From Vicugna vicugna (lineage: Eukaryota): a DNA stretch of 64,000 bases. The notes under the pieces were generated by a model. That model was not told the DNA's origin. It did no database searches and was given only the letters and a program-made list of their open reading frames with translations. This document shows, piece after piece, positions 24,186 through 37,155 of this stretch (the stretch's first letter is position 1; each line of letters opens with the position of its first letter). A program made the translations under genes and the position numbers. The stretch covers positions 3,985,780 to 4,049,779 of the forward strand of contig MU058009.1 in assembly GCA_013265495.1 (NCBI GenBank), read 5' to 3'.

Positions 24186-25784
24186 ACCGAGTCACATTAC
24201 GCTGGGTGGTAGGGCTGACATCGCCCCGAATGTGCTTAAAGCCAAAGGTTCTTTTTTTTCCTTCTGGGTCATTCCTGCTGTCATCAGTCCAGGAAACAGG
24301 TTGGTGGTAAGAGTCATCACCGTTAGATGTGAACATGGTCTGCACTTGTTTGCCTCCCGCATTAGGGAAAATTGAAAATCGCTTAGTGCAAGTTTAGGGG
24401 AGAGGAGGTCACCCCCAGAGCTCTTCAGGGAGGACCAGGAACATTGTCTTACTTTCAAGCTATGGTTTATTTCCTACCGATCACTGAGTACCTTGTCTGT
24501 GCACTGCCCAAGGTGGGGCACGAGTCGGGGACAGAGAGGAAAGAGGTTCGCAAGTGGGACGAGGAAGCGAGTACCCGCAGACGGGAGAAGGGCAGGGGGT
24601 AAGGGGCCTCTGCTGACTTGGGCTGGGTGCTGGGGCAGGTGTTCCCAGCCGGATGACGGAGAGCCTTGAATGCCATGTTGGAACGTTTAAGCTTCATGAA
24701 ATAAGAAACTGATAAGAGTTAAGACTTTCTACTTCATTTTATTCTTGTTTTTCCTAAGAGAATAGAGAATGGATCAAAAAAGTTCAAGAGAATCATGAGT
24801 GACTGGGTCAGGCTGGATAAAAGGCTCAGAAGCCATGCTGCCTGGGACAGAACGCGCGCGGTGTAGCCCCGGTGCATGCCCCTCCCGAGCACGGAGGGCT
24901 GGCAGCGCCTGCAAGAGGAAAGGCGTCTTCTGCGCCTCCGCCTCACACCCAGAAGTGGCCCAAGGGGTCCCCATGGGGCAGAAAATCAAGGGTTTCTCTT
25001 TGGCTGCTTCCTCCTTGTCAAGACCTGTGCGTCAGCACGTCACCTTTCCGGGACAATTGCAGTGTGTCTCACGTAATTAAAAAGGAGAAGTCAAAGCATT
25101 ACCACCTCCTACTCAGAGGTCGCGGTGTCTCCCCTCCCCTTTCCACAGCTGGTGAGACAGGGCTCGAGGGCTTTCCCACCGTAACCCCATACAATCCAAA
25201 TCGAAATCCCAGGCCGACGTGCCCCTCTGAGGCTCTGGCCAGATGGGGCCAGACTCTCAGAGACCTTGGGGTGGTGGCCACGTTCACAGAGACTGAGGAT
25301 GGAGAAAGAACAAAACTGCACGCAGCGTGCCCCCATCCCTGCTCAGATGAGGGAACCGGCGACGAGGGAGAGTGAGTTTCTCTGCTACATGCTGATTTGT
25401 GAAAGAATTAAGACGAGAACTCAGTTTTATGACCCCAGACAGGTGCACATTCTCTCTGGCTTATGTTTGAAACCCAGCGTCTGAGACATTAAAGCAGAAG
25501 GTTGGTGGGAGTAGGCGACAAGCGAGTGCCAGAGGGACGCCATTTCCCACCTTCCCTGCAAAGGTGCTGAGCTGGGATTTTCAAGGTAAACGTCATTTTC
25601 ACAACAAAGAAGAGAAAGGGCAGCATCGTGTCTTTGTACGTGGGGATGACCTGCCATCCATAGGTGGGTGCTATGGAATGGGATATAATTCTAACGTTGC
25701 ATAACCTATATGTAACCTATAATTAAATGGCTGCATGTTTGTGTGTGTTTGGGTGGTGTGATGTGGTGGCTGCAGCGGATAATG

Positions 25785-25930
25785 TCTATAATTCATTGAA
25801 CACTTAGCATGAGGCAGGAGCTATTCTAAGACCCTCATGGGAATCAACCTACTTGATCTTTGAAACAACCCCATGAGCTAGATGCTCTCAGTGCCCCTAT
25901 TTCACAGATGCGGAAACTGAGGAGTCGGAG
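25785..25930 (-). mobile_element. MIR SINE
   Basis: aaacaaccccatgagctagatgctctcagtgcccctatttcacagatgcggaaactgagg is the antisense MIR core. Confidence 0.75.
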
Positions 25931-28900
25931 TTTTGAGGAGGAAGCAGGTCTGCAAAAATGGGGCACCATACAGGTGATGGGTGGTAACTTACCGTGGTGA
26001 TCACTTCGCAGCGACTACAAAGGTCAAATCAGCCTGTTGTGCACATGAAACCAGCATAACACTCTGTGTCAACTGCACGTCAGCCAGAAAGAGAAGCCTG
26101 GGCTGGGAAACCCGGCAGGCGGGGTCAGTCGTTCACCCGGGCTGCGTGTTCCCCACGCTCGCCCCAGGCACTGGGTGCCCAGCGGGCAGAGCAGAGCGGA
26201 CTCCTGCCCTCACAGAGCTGACAGCCTGGCAGGAATCACTCACAGGAAGAGAAGAGAGGGCTGGCCTCCCCGTGGGGACCCATCTATGTGGCAGTGCCAC
26301 TCTCTCCACCTGCACTTTTCACACCGTCCCAGGCAGGTGTGGGCCCCGTGGAGAGCCGGCTGACACGTAAAAATGGCCCTCTGCATTTCTGCTGACACGT
26401 CGCCTGTTTCTGATGGAGTAACCCCTTCATGATGAAATTAGATGAATTTCCTGATGCACAGACTACTGGATAACAGCTCGCGCTCTTCCTCCCGAGCCCG
26501 GCAGAAACGGCGGAGAGCGCGGAGCGGGGACCACCGCCTGCCCCCGCCCATCCGATTCCATTTCCATACCCACCTGTCATCCCCACAAACGTCATTAGCT
26601 CACAGAGGGGGTGGCGTCTCATTGCATTATCTGCACCGCCGCAACAAAAGAGCTTTTTGTACCGAGGCTGCAGTTAAATTAGGGAACAGCTAGAAACATT
26701 CTACACAAGAAGTGCGCTGCTGAGAGCAGCGCTCCCTGCGGGCTCGGGACCCCTCACTCCCGACACAAGAGTGAGCAAACTTTTTATGTCACATAGCGGT
26801 CACATCTCAGAAAGGTGGAGATGATGGGAGGTGAGGCAGGACACCTTGGCGACTCTTGGATTCTCCCTTTGCCACCCGGGGAGGGACAGGAGGGGTTCCA
26901 CCATTGAGAGACAGAGCTCGGGCTGTCTGTCTGTCCTGCGTCTGCCCTGCGGCTCCGCGGGCCAGCGTGGTTTCCACCTGACCGTTGCTGGAGGCAAGCC
27001 AGGCGGACACAGCGGGGCTGGGGCACAAGTGCGATCTCAGCCTGTTCCGCTCACTCCGCCCTGGTTCACTGCTTTCTTTCATCTGTTTGTGCTCGTGGTC
27101 CCCACCGTGAAAACCACCAGCTCCTCTGAGTAAACAGAGCCCCCACACCCCGGGGGCACATGGGCTGGCAGGGCCGCTGGAATACCTGGGCCTCACTGTC
27201 ACCAGCCCTGCAGCCCGGGTGCACGGTGGGAGGACGATTTCCGCCTTGGGGCAGGAGGTCCGAAGGGACCTCTGGGCGGCCACCAGCTCAGGCTCTGGAT
27301 GGGTCTCAGCTGGTGGAGCAGCCCTCTCTCCAGTCCTGGGCTGAGCTGTATTTGCTCGTATTTGGCCCCTGCACCTGAAAGCGTCCTTTCTGCCTGGGCC
27401 CTGGGGGCGCTGCCTGGCCTAATCGTGGGGACTGTGTTCATGGCGGCGCTTTCTCGCCAAGTCGGGAGGGAAGGGATTCTCGGCAGGGTTGCTGTTTGAG
27501 TGTCTTCTTTCCAGACGCAGGGCTACGTGTGGATTCAGAGGAGATGCCTGCACCCCGAAGGGGTGGGAGGTCAGAAGTGTTGCGGGATCTTCCCTCCCCA
27601 CAAGCCTGATCGTGACCATGGCCAGCCTTGGTTAAGAGCTGTTCTTCCATGTTTCTGGCAAGGAGGAAGGGGCGCTCCCGGGCCCCTGGGATTCCCTGGA
27701 GACGGCTCCACCCACCCTCCTCAGTGACACCAGGAGCCCTCAAGCGCACAGTGGCTGCTGTGTGGAGGCTCTTTCGTGAACCATCCTTGGGATCAGCCTG
27801 TGAGTGGGCACTGCTATTTCCATCTCACGACCTGGGAACCCTAGGCTGAGGGGGTAGGTCCCCTTTGCCCAAGACCTAAATGAGCTGGTAAAATCCTCCT
27901 CAACGTACGTCCAAAGCCCTGATTTTCCTGCCGTTCTGCACTGGGGTCCTCATGTCAACTGCCTACCTGACATCAACTGTCCCCAGCCTAGCCCCTGGGT
28001 GTTGCGTTTGTCCCCACTTCTGCCTCAAGACTAAGCTGAGGACCATAGCCATCCTCTTCCAGGCCTCCCTCCGTCTCCCCAGCAGCCTTCCATCCAGGCC
28101 CGAGGGCCCTGCCTCCCCTCTGACGGGCCTGAAAACAGCCACCAGCGCTCTGTAGGGGTCCCTTTCTTCTCCATGTGAAGGACGCGTCCTCTAACCCCAC
28201 TGCCCTTGCAAACATTCAGTAGCCAGCATTTGTCCTTTAATGCTGACACTCCTGCCCTCTTCCTGGGTGGGCCGCGTGAAGACGAGGCTTTGGGGCCCGG
28301 GCACGTGCCTTCCTAGGCTGGTAGGAGGCCTGAGTCCCGCCTGACAACGCAGAGGAACTGAGGCTGCGGGTTCCTGACGTGCAGGGACTACTGCTGCGAC
28401 ACGGACCCTTTCTTCCAAGTGCCCGAGAGAAACTGGCTTTGCTTGGTGTCTCAGTAGCTGTGCACAGGCCTCCGGGCGTCAGAGACTGCGTTCCACCGCA
28501 GACAACAGAAGGCCAAGTTCACGGGCTTCACTGTGGAGCCCGAAGCCCGGAGACAGGCAGGCCCGTGAGGACCAGCATCCCAGAGTCCTCTTCTCTTTCC
28601 TCTCTGCAACCTTTCCAGGCCGAGTCTCGTCCTCGGGGTTGAAAGATGGCGGTTGCCCCTCACCCTCACTCTGGTCTCTCCAGGAGGTGTCCGCTCTTGG
28701 GCCACAGGCCAGACCCTCCCCTTGTGCTGCCCCCTCCGCTGCTAAGTGTTCTCCAGGCCCTTTGATCCCGATGCCCAAAGCTTCAGACTCACTGGAGACC
28801 ACGCTCTCAGCTCCCACCACACCTTTGGTAATCTGCTTAGGTATCTTCTCCTCCATCGAGTCATGAGCCCCGGGAGTTTGAGGCCAGGCTCCCACACACG

Positions 28901-28939
28901 GTCGCTACTAGGTAATCACGGTTACCTCTTAGGTCATTA

Positions 28940-29110
28940 TAATAGCCCTGTTCCAGGTGCACAGTATCAAGGAGGTACTATTACAGCTAGTCCCACTTTA
29001 CAGGTGAGAAAACCGAGGCAGGAGAGGGCTACATGCCACATTTACATGTCAGTGAAAGAGCCGTGGGGGCTGCTGGCTCCAGTCCTACACCTTTAGTCAC
29101 TGCTCAGCAC
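28940..29110 (-). mobile_element. MIR SINE
   Basis: aggtactattacagctagtcccactttacaggtgagaaaaccgaggcaggagagg is the antisense MIR core. Confidence 0.6.
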
Positions 29111-31539
29111 TGCCTCCCAGGAGAACACTTGATTAGAGAAAGAGCGAGACGGCAGGTAATGTCCAGCCTGCTTTGGAAAGGGCGTCTTACACTGCAGGGG
29201 GATGTGTGGCTCCTCCCCTCCAGCTTGTGACTCACTTTTGACCCATCTGCTGGCCCGGCTCTCCTGCCTAAAGCCGTGAGCCCAGTGCAGGTGGGGACAG
29301 CCCTGCTGGGGTGCAGGCCCAGATTCAGTGCCTTCAGGCCAAAGGTCAGTTACAGCCTCTTGGCAGGGCTCCTGGGCTGTGCCCGTCCTCTCTCCCCCGA
29401 CCCCTCCCCTTTCCCTTCCACATCCCGTCACAGATGTAAAATCTGCCTGGCCACGTCTGACGCTTCCAACCACAGGCGTTTAGCAACAGTCTTGCTCCAA
29501 ATCCTGCCTCCTATTTTCATATTTCCTGTGGCGTTTTATAGAAACAGCAGAACAATTGCTCATCCGCAGGGGGTAGAGCGAGCAAGGTTTTATATAATCA
29601 AACGTTAAAGTGACAAAGTTTTCCAGCTGATGGGGGAAGCAGAGGGTGGGAAGTTGGGATGCGGACAGTCCAGGGGTGAATGGGGAGCCTGGGCCGGCGT
29701 CGGTGAGGCTGCATCCAGCCCGACCCCTCTTCGCACCTGTGATGAGGGCTGTGGACACCACCTGCGCCCGCGGCTCTGCCTCTCCTTCCAGGGAGGTGCA
29801 GCTTCACCTCCAGGGGGTGAGTCTCTGCCAAAGGCTTCGACTCGGGCGGACCTCTGCCTTTTAGAAGCACTGATAATTTATTTTCATCCCCTGCGTGGCG
29901 GAGGAGAAAAGAAAATGGAGGTTCATCTCCCAGAAGGAGGATTCCTAGCGTGATGAGGGACAGAGACCAGAAACATGCTCTGAGTTTCCCATAAACACAC
30001 GTTTCCATGAAAACCAAACAAAGGAACAGGAGAGACAGGCCAGACACGCTCCCACATTTAAATGAGCCCCGTGGCCTCGTTCCTTCCCAGGGCGGCAGGG
30101 AGCAGAGGGCGCGGGCGGGGGTCTGCGCCCAGCCCCGCCCCGGTGGTCCTCACCACCGCCCCTTCCCGCACGCACTGGGGCCCGTGGGCCGGCTCTCCGG
30201 ACACTTGTTCTTTGATGTGCGCTAAGTGGAACATAATTACCCACTTTGTCACATCGCATGTGACTTTGACGGCCCAGCGTGTGGGCTTTTTAAAAAATAC
30301 ATTAGAAGGTCTTCAAGGGGAAACCGCGTTCCTTTGGGGGTGGTTTCGGGACTTCTACGTGGTTCCAAACCACAGGACCACCAGAGCCAGTCCCTCCGGT
30401 GAGAGGCAGCCGCTTTCCCTCCATGGCCTGTCACCTCCACGCAGGTGGAAAGGGCAGAAAAGGAAGGGCAGGGTGGGGCGGGAGAGGGGCCCGGCCGAAA
30501 GGATTTAATGAACAGACGGGGGAAGGATGAGAAGGGACACAAGACCCGCGAGCACTGGGATAAACTGTCCCCAAACCAGGGCTGATGTCCCCGCCGGAAC
30601 CCGCTGCCCGCACCTTCACACACATCCTGTGAGGCAGGCGTTTGTGCCTTTCCCAGGTCCCCCTACTCCAAGTCTCATCTCTCTTGTTCACCAAGACGCC
30701 TTCCCAGAGCAGCACTCGCCTCCTCTGCCAGGAGCGTCCTCTCTGACACCCAGGTCCCTTTTCTACAGGCAAGCGCCTGGCCATCCTGAGACAGCGGTCT
30801 CCTGTGCATGTGGACACACGCATGCACACCCCCCCCACCCCTGACCCTCAGAGCAGTCCGTCTTTGTGGAGACACACACTACAGCCCCCAGAAACAGAGC
30901 TCCCTGAACACGGGTTGAGCCTGTGAAGGCTGCTAGGAATCCGGCTGTGCGTGTCCTTAAACGTGCAGCCTGCTTGTTACTGCAATTAATTGGCGTTGCT
31001 GCGCTCCTGGGGAGGCCGCCGGCCGGTCACAAGCCCAGCAGCGGCCCACCGCGTGCAGGGGCCGCAGAGGCGGGGCGCGCCCCGGGCAGTGTCCGCAGGG
31101 GAGGAAAGCCACACGCGTTTTCCGTTTTTGTAAAGCACGGTTGCGCTAGTGGGTTTATATTAGAAATTTTCAATCATCTTTTATTAGTGCTGGATTGATC
31201 TTCTGTCCATTTTCTTAATGGATTAAGGCATAATGATCCAAAGAACGTTCATCCCCGGTCAGCTGACTGAAGGAGCTCCGCCACCCAAGTGCGTATTAAG
31301 AGGCTCCGAGCCCCTCAGGCAAACCCCTTTGGGTGAGAACAGAGTGGTGCTGACAGAAGTGGAGCTTCTCCAGAACGAGGCTGACCAAGGGTTCCATGCC
31401 ATTCGTGTATGTCTCTGGCTGGACCGAGTCTGGCTGTGAGATGGCAGGTCTCAGGAAATTTCTGGGCTCATTCACACAGTCTTTCATTCTGGCCTCATAC
31501 TAAGCAAGCTCTTCACTGTGCCAAGGGTGCAAATGAACC

Positions 31540-31665
31540 CCAGCTTCAGTCTGGCTTCACTGTGTGAACATGACTCAAGGGGTAAGCTCTGAAGTTCTCC
31601 GTGTCCTCGTGTAGGAAGCGAGGACATTGACCTAGGTGACCCATGTGGGTCTTTTCAGCTCTAAA
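31540..31665 (+). mobile_element. MIR-family SINE (MIRb/MIR3-like end)
   Basis: gacctaggtgacccatgtgggtcttttcagctctaaa resembles ggactagatgatctctaaggtcccttccagctctaaa. Confidence 0.4.
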
Positions 31666-31693
31666 GTAAACCGGTCCAATCAAAAGACAAAGA

Positions 31694-32099
31694 CCTCATT
31701 GTAGTTTTGACTTGCATTTCTCTGGTAATTAGCAATATGAAGAATTTTTTCATGGGGAATCTAAAACAAAGAGATACAAATGAACTTATTTATAAAACAG
31801 AAACAGACTTACAGACATAGAGAACAAACTTATGGTTACCACGAGGGCAGGGAGATGGGGAAGGATAAATTAGGAGTTTGGGATTAACAGATACACACTA
31901 CTATATATAAAATAGATAAACAACAAGGTCCTTCTGTGCAGCACAGGGAACTATATTCAATATCTTGTAGTCACCTGTAAGGAAAAAGAATATGAAAAGG
32001 AATATATGCATGTACATGTATGACTGAGACATTGTGCTCTGCACCAGAAATTGACACAACATTGTAAACTAAGTAGACTTCAACTAAAACTAAAAGACC
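31694..32099 (+). mobile_element. 5'-truncated L1 with 5' inversion and 12-bp target-site duplication
   Basis: 31694-31754 is antisense L1 ORF2-end sequence (cctcattgtagttttgacttgcatttctctggtaattagc...ttttcatg). 31755-32099 is sense L1 3' UTR (ggaatctaaaa...acattgtaaactaagtagacttcaactaaaac). aagacaaagacc flanks both sides, at 31684-31695 and 32100-32111. Confidence 0.9.
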
Positions 32100-32179
32100 A
32101 AGACAAAGACCCTCCTGGCAATAGGCTTACCTGCTTGTGGGGAAGGTTCTGCGTGTTTAGAGCCACTTAAAACACAGGG

Positions 32180-32370
32180 CAATGTATTTTACATGCTAGA
32201 GAAAGTATGAAACATCACAGGAATCCAGAAGAGGGAGACATTTCTCACAGAGATGAGCAGAGGGGGCTGCATGGAAGAGGGGTCGTGGCAGGCACATACT
32301 GAGGAGGGCGCGTTTCATGTGCAGGGATGGCGTGGCGGAGGGGACATGGCATGTGATGGTAACACTGCAC
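32180..32370 (-). mobile_element. L2 fragment (diverged)
   Basis: gctagagaaagtatgaaacatcacaggaatccagaagagggagac...gggctgcatggaagagg is L2-like on the antisense strand. Confidence 0.4.
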
Positions 32371-35300
32371 TCCTGGGAGGGGAGGAAAGGGAATCTGAGA
32401 GGCATGGTGTCTTGAATTGCAAAGGAAGAGGCCATTTCAGGAAGGAGGTCAGTGTTTCCAGGGGCCTCATGCTGCTGAGAGGAGGAGGAGGAGGTGAACC
32501 ACTGTGTCCTGACAAACAGCCTCCAGCCGGCAGGCACCGGGTCCTGCAGCGGCCCCGCCGGGGCTGTGACACCGCCCCGCCGTGCTCTCAGTGGTGGAAC
32601 AGTATTTGAGCTCCCCAAGGCCGCGGTGCCTGTAAGTCCTGCTCATTGTTCTGTGGACAAATGCTGCTTCTCCAGAAGCTCAGAGGTGACACAGTGGGAG
32701 ATCTGACATCCCGGACAGTCTTCCCTTTCTTCCCACGACGCGTGCTTCCACCGGCCGACTTTCCGACAGTGGATCTGGTGCTTGGGCATCTGCCCTGCTT
32801 GTCCCTCATGAATTATTCCCATTGTCCTCCCGAAGTCCCCCCACCCGCCCACAGCCACGGCGGAGGGAGTCTCCCCACGAAGGAGGCTGGGTCCGTGCGT
32901 TTAGTAAACCGCGGCCAGGGCAAGCGCGTCTTGAGCGTGTTGTCGAGTGGGAGGGTCTGCAACCGAGCTCCCAGCCGTTCCGCCGGGGGGACCCTGTTGG
33001 CTTCCTTCCCAAGTGTGAGCCTGGGCTGGCCCACGCGTCTCAGTGGGGGCGGTGGTTCCGCTGGGCAAAGCGCTTGAGGGAGAATCAAACCCCACAATAG
33101 GAGAGACTTTATTTGGTAAACCCAGCATTTTGACACCAATCATGGTCATTATAAGTGTGCAGAGAGCAATCATCTTTATCATTTTAATAAGCTCATCCAC
33201 CGTTCCACAAAAGAAGGCACAGATGTGACTCAGAACGGCGCGCATGTTACATAGCTTCTCTCAAGCGGTTTCCTTTGCTGCTGGGCGCTCACGGCCGGTT
33301 TCTAACCTCAGTCAGGCACGAGGTGCATCTCACCTGTCTACTTCTGTGCATTTTCCACCTGGATGTGGGGTTTCTCCGGCGCCTCCAGGGGATGTTTAGC
33401 TGCATGGCTGTCGCGAAGCGCTACCACGTTCTGGCCTCTGGGTGCCTGCACTCAGGTGGTGGAGGGAACTGAAGGGTCTTGGGTGTCCAAGCTCTGTCTG
33501 TCTTCCTAACTGGGAGCCATCACTCACATTGCAGACTGGAGCAGGGGAGAGCTCTTGGTCCTTGTCCTGGACCGGCAGCGGCGCTCAGGTCAGCCCACAC
33601 CCTCCAGGGGCAAGAGCATCTTTCCCCTGACGGGAGGGGGCTTCTCATCCCAGGGGACCCGCAGCAGGGGCCCCACCCTCCTGAGCGCACAGGGGCCGCA
33701 CTTCTGCCTCCAGACGGAAGCTTCTCTCCTGCCCCTGCCGCTCGTTCCCTGGGAACAGTGTTGCACGTCCTTTCTCTCCCCTAAGGCAGAGCTCCGGCAT
33801 CCTTTTTGGAGCGTAGGGGTCACTTTGCACCACCAAGCTCTATGTTGGAGGATTCTCCCTTGTCTGCAAGGATACAGGGAGGAAGAAGAGGCCAAGGACA
33901 TCGGAGAAGGACAGATGGAAGGTGTGGCCAGTGTGGCTTTAGTTATTTGTAGGGATTTTTATAGGGTTAGAGGTTTTTCAAAAAGTGCCCTTGTGCTTCA
34001 CTTGCTTTGGGGGCCCTGGTTCTTCAGGTCAAGTCCCTTTGAATCGCATCACTGCTGATCTAAAATATATTTGAAAAGTGTGAACATTGGAGAAGGAGGA
34101 GGCGGAGCCAGAAGCCCACACATGCAGACACAGGGACACAGATGACTCAGTTTGCTTCTTCACAGAGAAGATCATGACGCTGGTTGCTTTGCTGGCAGGT
34201 TAGCTGGTGCGGGGGAGCTGTGTTAATTAACGTCATAAGAATTGCAAAAGCATACAAACTTTGGAAGCACCCTGGTGCCCTGTGCTTCTTGATGCAGGAG
34301 CCAGCCTGGGTGTGCCAGGGTTTGTAAGAGTGAGGGAATGAGAGACAGCAGGCAGCAGGAAGCAAAGGAAACGTGTGCAGAGCAAGACCAGCTCGAGGCT
34401 GAGTGAAGGAGTCTGGAGTCGCGTACCACCCTCGTAGTTAACCCGGTTCTCCTGACGAGATGTGGACGGGACACTTCGGATGCTTTGGACTGCAAGTGGT
34501 CGAACCCTAACTTAATAAACTTAGAATATGAGGGCATGAAAGAAGCCTGGAGGTAGGGTGTCTGCAGGCTTGGTAACGGTGTCTGGGACCCAGGGTCTCA
34601 CAGCTGGCCTCCATCAGGCTTGAGTTGTGGGGTCTTCATTCCATAAGTGTGCGTGTGCTGGGGGGTCGCTGCATTTCCCCAGCCCTCACACCATGCCTGT
34701 GGTCCAAGGCAGGGGTGCGAGGGGCCGGAAGTGTGCACCTGCATCTTTTTGATGAGGGTGGGAGACCCAGCCCGTCTGCCATGCACGTGCTCAGCCGTCG
34801 CTGCCAAAGACCCAGGAAAGTGAAGAGCTGGCGTTTTTAGCCTCTGTTGTGGGAGGCAGGCTGTGCCAGTGGAAAAGAAAGGAGGGGAGAGAAAGAGGAT
34901 TTTATATCGATGCCGTCAGCACCTAGTGCCTTTGGAAGCGATGGGCTTGCAGATGCAGATCTGTGTTTGTCAGGGAGCTTTCGCTCTCCACACCTGAGAC
35001 GACCATGAGCGCTCTTGGTCTGCCAGCAACACGCCGACCTGCCCCCTCCCCATGATGTGTTCAGGCTGTAAAGCTTCAGTTTTGCAGGACACCCCCCCCA
35101 ACAGATCATTCCCAGCCACAGGCCCTCCTGGATATGTCTGTGGTGCATGCAGTGTAGACTGGATGCCTCCAGTGTACCCCTTCCAGGCAACAGAGTGTGA
35201 CTGAGGGCTGGGGAGGGACGTCCCCCTGCCCTCCACCCTGCAGTTTGGCGATCTTGTGAGGTTCACTCGCCCTGCAAAGCTGGATGTGGTACCACATGTG

Positions 35301-37029
35301 TACAGGGCCCTGGAAACCAGTATGAAGCCCCGCTCGGGCCTGACAGACAGGGGGCAGTTCTACTGAGAAGCCGGGCAGAAGGCCCAGGGAGAAATTAGTC
35401 AGCTGTTGGGTGACACTGCCTAACCGCAGGCCTCCATCTGCCTGCATGCTTCCCTTCCAGACCGGGGACTGGTCGTGTTTGCTCGCAACCCTCCGCTCTC
35501 TCCAAGCCGGAGCTGCTGCAGGGCCGCCTCCCGGAGGACCAGGGCGACCAGAGCGGTGGACGGGAGTCGGCCCTGCTCCTCACTCCTTCCCGGTGCATTT
35601 TTCATCATTAAAGGGGAAATGTCATTTTGGTGACAGGTATTAGCAGGATTGGTGTCAGGATTGAATCTTTCTTCCTCTGTCAGCCTGGCTTCACACAAGC
35701 CCAAGACAATGTTCCATTAAAAGGCCACTTCCACTTCCGAGTCCAGCAGCGAGCGGCAAGGGCAGGCTTTGGCCGTGATGGACGGGCTCGGTCAAGGCTG
35801 GAGCTGCGCCGCAGAGCACAGCTGGGGCCGGACGCTTCCAGCGCCGGGAGGGCCCGAGGGGTGTCTGGACAACCCAGGCCTCCTTCCTGCCTGAATTCTG
35901 CTGCGAGCCAAGTATGACAAAGAGGACACCTGCAGCTCTATTTGGCCACAAGTCTTTAGGGAAAGAAGATTTGCCACCATGAATGGTGTAGATGGTGATA
36001 AAAGTCCAAACCCTCCTCTGGGGAGGCTGACCCAGAAATGAAAAGTTCCGTTTTCTTCGGCACAAATGCAGGCCAAGCTCTCTGGGTGGTTTCCTCGGTG
36101 CAGACCTGCGCCTCGAGTGAGCGGGCGGGAGCGCCAAGTCCCACCTCGGGGGCACGCCTCCTCGGAGGTCCTACGTAAACCCAGCTTTCAGAACTCATTT
36201 GGAGCTCAGCGTCCTCAAGCTGAAGTAACAACAGTTGTACCTGGGCTGTCTCTCTCAACCACTGAGATGCCCGTTCAATGTAGCGGGTGTTGGTTGAGCG
36301 CACACTCCGGGCCGCGCACGTTGGTCAGCCCTGGGGAGGAGCCGCAACGCACGAGGAGGGGTCCCTGTGTCCAGGGGGCCTCTGCTCTCCTCGGTGGGCT
36401 CGGACGAGCAGGCCGTCAGCTACGGTACGAAAAGCGCATGCACTGAGTTCAACATTTTAAAACACATCTCATCGAGGTGGGGATGTGTAGATCCTAAAGA
36501 GGTGCGAGTCTAACCCACGGGGCAGAGTGGCAGAGGGGCATCTGCAAAGCCCTGTTTTATGGAGAAAGTGGAATTTTAACTGGTGCTTGGGGTCTGAGCG
36601 GGATTTAGGAACCTGTGGGTGGGAGGGGAGGGAAGGAGATACTGCAGATGGAAAGCGTGAGTGTTTGGCTTGGGATGTGCAGAGAGGCTGAGGGCGTGGA
36701 CCCTGGGTGTGCAGCCTCCCTGGCCCCCTGCACTGAATGGCGGGAGTGTCTCTGCAGTTGCACTGAAAACCAGTCGCCCCAAGTGTCTGTCCTCCAGCAT
36801 CACCCCCGCCCCCCGTCCCGCTTTAGGTAGAGGCAGGGTTGGAGGCAGAGAGCTGAGCTGCAATTTAGTTAAAATAGTAGAGAAAAGGAACAAGGGGCGC
36901 CTTAGTGGTGGGAGTGGAGCCTAGGAAGGAGGCGAGATGGAGGGGACGCACCTCCACCGGTGCGATACGGGATGTCCGCGGGGAGACTTACAGAAAACAC
37001 TGTGCAGGTGTCGTTGCTGTCTGAGTGGA

Positions 37030-37155
37030 GTCATTACGTTCACTTCCGCAGAGGGAATCTGAAGCACTGAAAAGATGCAGTGACTTTTCCGAAGACATAG
37101 AACAGGTCAGGAGTTGCATTAGACACTGAATGCCTCTGACCTACATTCTCACTCT
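37030..37155 (-). mobile_element. MIR SINE
   Basis: cacttccgcagagggaatctgaagcactgaaaagatgcagtgacttttccgaagacatagaacag resembles cattttacagatgaggaaactgaggctcagagaggttaagtgacttgcccaaggtcacacagc. Confidence 0.55.
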
